64,000 bases of DNA from NCBI RefSeq assembly GCF_009914755.1, contig NC_060937.1. One strand, 5' to 3'. The stretch is from the human T2T-CHM13v2.0 reference genome, Homo sapiens. Every line of letters begins with the position of its first letter. Within the stretch, counting starts at the first letter, position 1. Of the stretch, positions 54,437 through 64,000 are shown one piece after another. The notes below the pieces were generated by a model, which ran no database searches, was not told the origin of the DNA, and worked only from the letters and a program-made list of their open reading frames with translations. Made by a program: the position numbers and the translations under genes.

Positions 54437-56424
54437 GGTAATTACTATAGGTAGAGGGGCTGTTAACATGTAGAAAGCTATATATCATTGAGTGTATGTG
54501 TTTGATTTCCTTATTTAGATTTTCCTACATTTCTAGAACTGCAAGATGCTTCAGATTTATCATGTACATTTCCTACCCCAATACTAGAATCTGGATTCTG
54601 GATGTGCTCATTGCTACTGGTGTGGCACTTCTTTCAGGGGCTCTCAGTTAAAAATGCAAACAAGCAAATATGTGTGCCTAATAAACCATGTATATACACA
54701 TATTCATAAATATTTCTATATGCAACAAGATGTAACTATATTCAGGTAAAATGAGGTCTTACCAATATCTACAACCCTATTCCATTATCAAATAGTATTT
54801 CCGAAGTTACTTAGGTCAGCACCTCTTCCCCCAGCCACCTCATCTCAGTGAGATAAATTCATATGTTTATTTGGACTGCATTTAGCTTGTTTTGTGACAT
54901 TCTGCATGGCCTCCTGGGATCTCAATATCACTTGAATAATTTTATTTGTAATCACTAAGGTTTACATTTTGTGCATTAAAATTCTACAGATTTTAACAAA
55001 TGCATACTCTTATGTATCCAAAATTTCAGCATCATACACAGAAGTTTCATCACTCTAAAATACTCCCTGTGTTGCAGTTATTAAGCCTCTGCTTTCTTCC
55101 CCTACATCCCTGGCAAGCACTGATCTTTTTAATATATCTATAGATTTGCCTTTTTCACAATGTCATGTAATTGGAATTATACCACATGCAGTGTTTTCAG
55201 ACTGGCTAATTTCAATTAACAGTATGAATTTCATATTCATCCATATGTTTATGTGGCTTAGCAGTTTATTTCTTCTTAATATTAAATAATTTTCCACGAT
55301 ATGGATGTACCACCATTTGTTTATCCATTCACCTATTGAGGAACACCTTCGCTGTCTTCTATTGTTGAAGATGATCAATTATACTGAAATGAAATTCACA
55401 CTTAGGTTTTTGTGTGTGGACATGACTTTTCAAATTAGTTTGGTTTATGTGATAAGACAATGTTTAAATTTTTAAAAATAATGTCAACATTTCTTCCAAA
55501 TTTTATCATTTTGTTTTCCCTCTAGTAATGAATGAGAGATACTTTTGCTCCATATCCTTACCAACATTTGTTGTTGTGAGATATTTTGGATTTTAGCTAT
55601 TTTATTAAGTGTGTACTGGTAACTCATTGCTGTTTTACATTGCAGTTTCCTAACGACAAATGATGCCTATCTTTTCCTATATATATGTTCTATTTGCATA
55701 TTTTCTTTGGTGAAGTTTCTGTTTATATATTCTGTCCCTTTTAATAGTGTTGTTTGCTTTATTCTTGTTGAGTTTTCAACGCCCTTTCTATATTTTGCAT
55801 GCCAATTCTTTATTAGATATATGTTTTGCAAATATTGTCTTCTGTTCTGTGGTTTCTCTTTTGATTCTAATGATGGTGTCTTTTATAGACCAGAAGTTTT
55901 AAATTTTAATAAAGTCAACCTTTAATTTTTCTTTTTGCAGAACACATTTTTGGTGGTATAGCTAAAAACTCATCACTAAACCTAAAGTTGTCTAATATTT
56001 CTTCTAAGTTTTCATCTAGAAATTTCATAGCTTTGTGTTTTACATTCAGATCTATTATCAATTTTTAGTTAATTTTTGTGAAAGGGTTAAGGTATCTGCT
56101 CATTTCTTTCTAACGGGCAGCCAAGTGTTCAGAATTACTTGTGGAAAAGACTATTCTATCTCTATCTAATTGCTTTTTCTCCTTTGACAAAAATCTATTG
56201 ACTACATTCATGTGGTTCTATTTCTAGGATCTCTATTCTGTGACTTTACTGATGTGTTTGTTTTCCTTTTTATTTATTTTTAATATCACCGCATCTTGGT
56301 AACCTCTAGCTTTATATCAAATTCCAATTGTTCATTACTAATATATCAGGAAACAATTTAACTTTGTATATTAACCATATATCCTGAAACTTTGCTATAC
56401 CTGCTTATTAATGTCAGGATTTAC

Positions 56425-56500
<76 letters not shown>
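56425..56500. repeat. compound (TA)n(GA)n microsatellite
   Basis: atatat... then gagaga... with one gc interruption. Confidence 0.97.
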
Positions 56501-56505
<5 letters not shown>

Positions 56506-56724
56506 AGATTTTCTATTTTCCATATAAATAATGATATTGTCTGCAAACAAAGACATTCTTATTTTTTCTCCCCTGTTGGTACACCTTTTATTCCCCCCCC
56601 TTTTTTTTCTGTCTTGCTGCACTGGAAAAGATTTCTAATATGATACTGAAAAGAAGTGGTCAGAGAGGATACCTTTATTTGTTCCCAATTGGAGGAGAAG
56701 TATGTCTACTTCCTCATTTCATTA

Positions 56725-56978
56725 AGTCCTTATGATTATTCTGACAAATTAGCACAAATTCAGTAGACCTCTTATTTGTGCACTGTCACAGAAAGAAGGA
56801 GAACTCTGTGGTGTTTTTCCTTGCAAAAACACTAATCCTACTGAACCAAAGCCCCGGTCCTATGACTTCATTTAACTCTAAGTACTTCTTCAGTAGCCCT
56901 ATTTTTAAATACAGTCATGCTGGGTTTAGGGTTTGAATATATGAATCTTGCAAGGATTCCAGCATTCTGTTCATAACA
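56725..56978 (-). mobile_element. MLT1A/B-like LTR fragment
   Basis: acactaatcctact...ctatgacttcatttaac...aaatacagtcatgctggg...atatgaatcttg...cattctgttcataaca. Confidence 0.7.
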
Positions 56979-56994
56979 CTTATATTATTGATTT

Positions 56995-57502
56995 TAGATT
57001 TTTTATTTTCTTAACTTTTAAGTTCAGGGGTACATGTGCAGGTTTGTTACATAGGTAAACTTGCATCATGATCATGGGGGTCTGTTATACAGATTATTTA
57101 ATTACCCAGCTATGAAGCCCAGTACCAATTAGTTATTTTTCCTGATCCTCTCCCTCCTCCCACCCTCCATCCTTCTATAGGCCCCTGTGTGAGTTGTTCT
57201 CCTCTTTGTGTCCATGTGTTCTCATCATTTAGCTCCCACTTATAAGGGAGAACATGTGGTATTTTGTTTTCTTTTCCTGATTAGGTTGCTAAGGATAATG
57301 ACCTCTAGCTTCATCCATGTTCCTGCAAAGGTCATAATCTCATTCTTTTTTATGGCTGCATAGTATTCCACGGTGTATATGTATCACATTTTCTTTATCC
57401 AGTCTATCATTGATGAGCATTTAGGTTGACTCCACATCTTTGCTACTGTGAATAGTGCTGCAATAAACATATGCATACATGTTTCTTTATAATAGAACAA
57501 TA
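56995..57502 (-). mobile_element. L1PA13-like 3' end
   Basis: aagttcaggggtacatgtgcaggtttgttacataggtaaac...ttatttttcctgatcctctccctcctccc. Confidence 0.9.
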
Positions 57503-59254
57503 ATATATGCATGGTTTTTCAGGTGTGTTTTGTGGCCCAGAATATGGTCTATGTGTATAAATGTTTCATGAAATCTTGATAATAATATATATGTGATTGT
57601 TATTAAATAAATAATTCTATAAATGTCAAAGAGGTCAAGTTAATTGTAGTGCTACATAGGTCAACTATGTTCTTACTTATTTTGTAACTAAAAGAAGAGG
57701 TGTTACTGTCTCCAACTATAATAAAGTATCTGTTGTTTTTTTTTTTTTCTTGGAGTTTCATCAGTTTTTTGTTTCACATATTAGGTAATGGCTTTCTTTG
57801 TCCCTGATAATTTTCATTGTTCTAAAGACTTCCCTGTCTGAAATTAATATAATTTATTTAGCTTTCTTCTAGTTGGTGTTAGTATGGTACATTTTTCTTT
57901 GTGCTTTTAATTTTACTTATGAATCTCTTTATATGTAAAGAGATGCTCGTACTCAGCACAGTCGGTCTTGTTTTTATCCATTCTAACAATTTCTACCTTT
58001 TGTGGTTGTTGTTGAAGCTTGTCCACAGCTGAACAATTTCTATTTTTAATTGGTATATTTAGACCTTTCACATTTAAAGTTATTATTTTCATATAGGTAG
58101 ATTAATATCTCCCATAATTGCATCTGTTTTCCATTTGTTGCTTTTGATTAGCTTCTCTTTCTACCTTCCCTTGTTTTGAGTGTTTCACATGTTTCAATTT
58201 TATATCCTCTCTGAATATCTATTATAATTGTCTTTTTAGATGTTTATGTGTGTGTATGTATGTGTCTGTGGGTGTGTTGTTGTCTTTGATTATAACCTTA
58301 TACAATAGTTTTTTTTCCTCCAATTTCTTCCTCCAGACCCTTTGATATTGTTGTCATTTATTTCACTTACTCATATGCTATAATTACTCAGTGCATTGTT
58401 ACTGTTATTATTGTTTTACGCGGTCATTCTTTAGATAATTTAACATTGAGAAAAAGATTTTACCTTATCTTCATTTATTCTTTCTCTGAGTCTCTTTCAT
58501 TTTCTATGTAGACACAAGTTTGTGACTTATATAATTGACCTGTCTGAAGGACTCCTTTTAACATTTCTTATAGCACAGGTATGTTGTCAATGAATTCTTT
58601 CAGTGTCTGTTCTAGAATGCACATATTTATTTTTCGATTTTGAGGGAAATATTCACTGAGATATTATTCTAGGTTATTTACTTTATTTTGTTAACATGAA
58701 ATATTTGACTACCACTTATTAGTTGCATGGTTTATGTTGAAAAGTCTGCAATTCATACCTTTGTTCCTATATGGTCAAGATGTTTTCTTACGTATTTTCT
58801 ATATTTTATTTATTATACTTATTTCTACATTCTTCTAAGACTTTTTTTCTTTGTTTCTGGTTTCCTGGAGTTTGAATATAATATTCACACAATTACATTT
58901 TTTTTTGTATTTATTCTCTAAGCTCTCAATTTTCTGAATCTCAGTTTGATGTTTGTCACTAATTTTGAATAATTCTTGGCCATTGTTACTTCAAATATTT
59001 CTTCTACTCCATTCTCACTTTCTTCTTCTTTTAGTGTTCCAATTATGCCTGTGTCACACCCTTCAAAGTAGTATCACAGTTCTCTTTTTAACATACATTT
59101 CTATGTTTGCAATTCAGACTGAGAATTTTTTTAATCAGCTTATCTTTAAGCTCACAGATTTTTTTTGGTTGTGTCCAATCTATTAATAAGACCATCAACA
59201 GTATTCTTCATTTATGTTACCATGTATTTTATTTTTATCATAACCACCTGGTTT

Positions 59255-60152
59255 TTAAAAGTTTCTTAGAAGCATAATTGATATACAAAGAACTACACAT
59301 ATTTAATGTGTTAATTTTGATGATGCATGCATGAAAATTGTGATGACATATGTGTTCATTTTTGGACATATGTAAATACCCATAAAGTTATCTCTACAAT
59401 TATGGTAATAGACATATACAAAACCTCCCAGAGTTTTCCTGTGGCCCTTTTTGTTGATGTAGTTGATTGTTGAATTTTGCTTTTTTTTGTTTTGCTCTAA
59501 GAATACTTAACATAAAATCTATCCTCTTAACAAATTTAGAAGCATATAATATAGTATTGTTAACTAAAGGGACTGTACAGCAGGTCTTTGGAACTTATTC
59601 ACTTAGCATAACTGAAACATTATCTTTTTTGAAGAATTCTTTATTTCTCCCATTTTTCAGGCCCTAGCAGCCCCCATTTTCTCTGTTATTAAGAGTTTGA
59701 CTATTAAAGATACCTCAAATAAGTGGAATCATGCACAATTTGTCCTTCTCTGGCTGACTTATTTCACTTTCCATAATGTCCTCCAGTTTCATCCACGTTG
59801 TTGCAAATGGCAGGGATTTTTTTTTTTTTTTTAAGGCTCAATAATATATAATTGTTTATTTATACTATGTTTTCTAGATCCAGGCACCTGTTTATATACA
59901 ACTTAGATTGTTTCCATATCTTAGCTATTGTGAATAAGACTGCAATGAACACGGGAGTAAAAATAACTCTTTGTCATACTGATTTCATGTTTTTTGGACA
60001 CATAACTGGAACTGGGATTTCTGATCATATGGTAATTCTATTTTTAATTTTTGAGAGACTTCCAAAGTGTTTTCTGTAGTGGCTACAGCATTTTACATTC
60101 TCACCAACAGTGTACAAGGGTTCTAATTTCTACACATCCCCACTGACACTCT
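59255..60152 (-). mobile_element. L1MB1/2-like 3' end nested in the old L1
   Basis: ataattgatatacaaagaactacacatatttaatgtg...cttaacataaaatctatcctcttaacaaattt...ccaacagtgtacaagggtt. Confidence 0.82.
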
Positions 60153-63100
60153 TATGTTCCTTTCTGCTTATGTTATTCATCTGATTTTGCATTTTATCTA
60201 CTTTGTCCATTAGAGCCCTTCACATACTAATTATAGTTATTTTAAATTTCCTGTCTGATAACTGCAACATCTGTGCCAAGTCTGAGTCTGGTTCTAAGGG
60301 GTGCTTTGCCTCTTCAGACAGTGTTTTATGTGCATTTTAGCAAGCCTTGTAATTTTTTATTGAAAGCCAGACATGAAGTGTCTGGAAATATAAACTATGG
60401 TAAATTTGTTTTTACCATAAGGTATCTATTTTATCTGACTAGGAATTGGGCTGAATTTAATGTTTGTAGCTGTGGGTGCCTGATGCCCTCAAATTTTTCT
60501 GATGTCTGGTTTTTGTCTCCCCTGTATCTTATGTTTTCCCTAAAATCTCCTCTTCAGGTAGGATGTGTATCTCGCAACTCTTTCAGCTTCAACACACTGC
60601 TATACTGGAGCTCCATTTGTGCGGTACTAAGGTGTGGGGGAGGGAAGACAGTCTGTAATCTTATGTCTCTTATCATTCTCTTAATGGTCCTGTCTTCCCG
60701 AGGCTGTGACATTCACAGTGCTTCTCAGCCTTCCCTTATTCCTTAGGTGAAACAGGAAAATATTATGGAGAAGACTCTAGGAATACTTCCTTTACAATGG
60801 TTATCCTTTGCTAACCCTGTTAGAACCATGATGGGATCCTCCTTGGCTCTTCACCTGTAGAACATCATGATTTTCAAATGTAAAGCCCATGTAAGTATGC
60901 ATGCCTCGGCAGCACCTAGCTCTTGTATTAGCCCACATTCATCTTTCAGCAATTCAACAAAATCACTGTTTAAATGCTTCTACAGGCTAGGACCCAATTG
61001 ATTATGACTCCAACAGCTGCTTCTTTGGGTGAGCCTATTCCACCTGTGACTCTCTACATTCACCTGTATCTCCAGATACTGCAATGGTGGTTTCACAGTG
61101 ACTTTACTCCTCTGACGGGCCCAAAGAAAATCATTAATTTTCCGTTTGCACAATGTCTTTTTTCTTGTTGTCCTAAGGACATGAGTAACAACTTCCAAGC
61201 TCTTTATATATCAAGATGAAACCTGATTCATTTTTGTTTAATTTAGAAAAAAAAAAGAAGAAATAGAATACAACAAATATTTCAATTATTTGCTCTCTTA
61301 TTCCATGGACAAGAAGTATTAATGTTTATCAAACTTTGACCAAGTTGAGGTCTAAGAAGTATAAGGTTTCTATGATGACCTACTCACCAAATTTACTGAC
61401 TTCTTTCTTCTTTCAAATAGATTAAGAATTTCTAAATTGCTATAAATGTAAACCCTCTATATATTTGTATAAAATACACATACACATACTCCTTGTGAAC
61501 TTGATTTACCCATTGTCCTCAGGTTTATTCAACAGTAAAGGAAAAAATGAAGACTTGACTCCCACTTTGGAAAAAATGTTGAATCCAGTTTTTCTACATT
61601 CCATTCTTAAATCATACATGGTCTGTTTAAAATGATAGCATCATTGACTTCAGAACAGAAATCGTTTTCATGCAGAAAAAATTATGACTAAAGAGTTCTG
61701 CTTTTCAAATATGTTTGGATATGTGTATATACATACAATGAGATATGCTCTATTTATTTGCCTCAACTCTGAATGTTTAAAACTATAATAATCATGAACT
61801 TAAATATATTCTATCTCACTAAACTTTACCTCTTCCATTTTGGGGCAGAAACATTTTATCTTCTGAACATGAAGGCTTAATTTCCACTGACATACATTTT
61901 AAATTTTTACAACTAACTACTTCAAATTTAGCACTAGCAAAACAGTATGAAGAGTTTGGAATATTCTATACAAAAAAAGAAAAAAGCATTGAGTAATTAA
62001 TAAAATAGAAACATGGATAAAATGACCAATGAATTTTAAGAACCTCACATAAAGATATAATAGAAAAATAGAAATTCAGAAAATGATATCTTCTACCTCA
62101 TTTGATCCTTCATCCCAAGCCATTCAAAATACCAAGTTATGACAACAGACACAATTTTCTTCTATTTATGTATTTTTAATTGGTTTTAAGATATTACAAT
62201 TTAGTAGACATTAATAATGAAACAGTCATATTTTTAAATATACTGTATACAATTACAAGAATACAGTGACTATAAAGGTGTGTCAATAATATGAAATAAC
62301 AATTGATTCTCTAAATGAAGAAGGCAACTTTTTTTTTAATTCCTTCTAAGATTTGAGGCAAAGACTTAGGCAAAGTGAAAGTCAGGGACATTTGTGTTAG
62401 ATGTGGTTTAAATAAAACTTTAGAAATGGATGAGTTTATAGGATTAATGAGAACGTATGTGCCTTGAATCTTTAATCTGCTCCCTGTTACTTCCAACAGA
62501 GCTTCAAAGACATAATTTAATCCAAAGAGAGACCATTATCATTCATATTTTACAAATCTTTATGAGCTTAAGGCTATCATTGCTTTCCTCATAATAGTAA
62601 TCAGCCATTCAAAATAAAACAATAACCCACTTTGTGCCACTTTGAAAATAAATGTAATACAAATATCTGAATAACATTTTTACATAAAATAGGTTTGGAT
62701 TCTACCTAGGTGGTTTTTCATGGTTAGATACAGCTATGAATTAGAGAAACTTTTCCTAAAATATATGGCGAAGCATAAAAAGTAATCTATTCTGAGATTG
62801 ACAAGTTACCTAGAATTAAATGGGATTGCAGTTAAAAATAAGCTCTTCTATGTCTCTGCCACTTTAATACTATTTCCATTCCTATGTTCCCCTTTTATAA
62901 ATATATATGTGCATGCTGTATATACGACAGGAACTTGACATTTTATAGTAGCAAGAAGACAAAAGCTATATTACCTTCTTACTGTGTTATTTTTTCAATC
63001 TGTTCAGCGATGTTTTATTTTCAGTCATAACTAGAATGTAAGTATGTTTGAGTAAAGATATTACCTTTCTTCTTTTAGGTGCTACTTCTATTTGCCCATG

Positions 63101-64000
63101 GCTTGACATTCATCTTTGGATATCATGGAGTCAGTGTAAACCACATTAAAGATGACATTTTGCACTGTCAGACATTTCCACAGGTCTAAGAGTCAAATAT
63201 AAATTTATTTACTATGTTTCTTTTTTTCCTGATGACTTCAGTATATGTATTCCAAGCCTATGCATATAGCTTATTTATAGGCAGACTGTGCAATTTCATT
63301 TACATTCTTATTGAGTTCAGACAGAAAATGCCAGGTATGCACCAAAATATATTTACAGCTCTCTATTTTATTGTCAGTGCAAAGATTTACAAACATATCT
63401 CCTCACAAATATGCACATGCATAACTTCATGCCCTCCATTGCAGGGAAATAAGTTAGGTATTAGTAATGCTTACAGCAGTCCTTGTGCAATATGATTTTC
63501 CCCTCCAGTGTGCTATCATTTTCCTACATGAAAGATATCCAAAAATGAACAAAGCCATTTTCCCAAAGGGATACTGAGTGTAAAAATTATATGCTTCAGC
63601 TCCTTGCATAAGCTTACCCGTATATGGCCTCAGTCCATATTTTAAACCAACAGGTATCTATCCAGCATTTACTTAATGCAAATCTTTATGATATTAAGAA
63701 TTTGTGGTAGTCGGTGGTTGAAAATTAAAAGCAACCTTGTCTTGCCCATAAGTATCACTTAATCCAATTGAAAACTGATATATGAACTATTACATTGATT
63801 ATAGGAAGATATAATTTAAATAATGTAGATTTAAATGGTACTTGGTAAGAGTACAAAAGAATCCAACAATTCATTTTGGCAAAGGAATATCAAACAAGTA
63901 AGACATTAAGTAGTTGACTCTTAATCTTGGCTTTTAGGGACATAGATAGAATTTAAGGATGTAGAGAAGTAGCACAACAGGCCAAGGCTGAAACTTTAAA

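Larger units (their letters stand above)
54520..61228 (-). mobile_element. fragmented near-full-length old L1 (L1MC/L1MD-type): 3' UTR ~54.5 kb, ORF2, ORF1 and 5' end ~61.2 kb, with nested younger repeats
   Basis: catcacagaagtttcatcactctaaaa-type 3' end; tgtctgcaaacaaagac (RT FAD motif antisense); 5' end aacttccaagctctttatatatcaagatgaaacc. Confidence 0.7.

Noticed and set aside
60273-60746. 157-aa ORF
   Set aside because: Antisense to an old L1 5' region, non-ATG start, no recognisable domain.

Overview
Primate (most likely human/great ape) nuclear DNA, strongly AT-rich and CpG-poor, typical of a gene desert or very large intron. No protein-coding gene, RNA gene, CpG island or prokaryotic-type system is supported; the listed ORFs are L1/MaLR/Alu remnants, simple repeats or chance ORFs. 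Roughly half or more of the window is recognisable interspersed repeat: L1s of many ages (L1PA2 to L1MC/MD/ME), five Alus, MaLR/ERV elements (a complete THE1 provirus and two solo THE1 LTRs with 5-bp TSDs, MLT1, MLT2, MER21, MER31/67, MER4-group internal), MER2, MER5A, MIR, L2, CR1/L3 and microsatellites. The most interesting signals are small structural fossils: a 57-nt orphan polyadenylated retro-insert with a perfect 18-bp TSD (18.3 kb), a polyadenylated retrocopy of only the LTR12/ERV9 R region (28.3 kb), an MLT2 LTR with two internal micro-inversions (46.4-47.2 kb), an L1PB with fold-back and templated-insertion junctions (12.0-14.8 kb), three 5'-inverted (twin-primed) L1s, and two motif-dense candidate enhancers. 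Subfamily names come from recalled consensus sequences, not a database search, and boundaries of old repeats are approximate.
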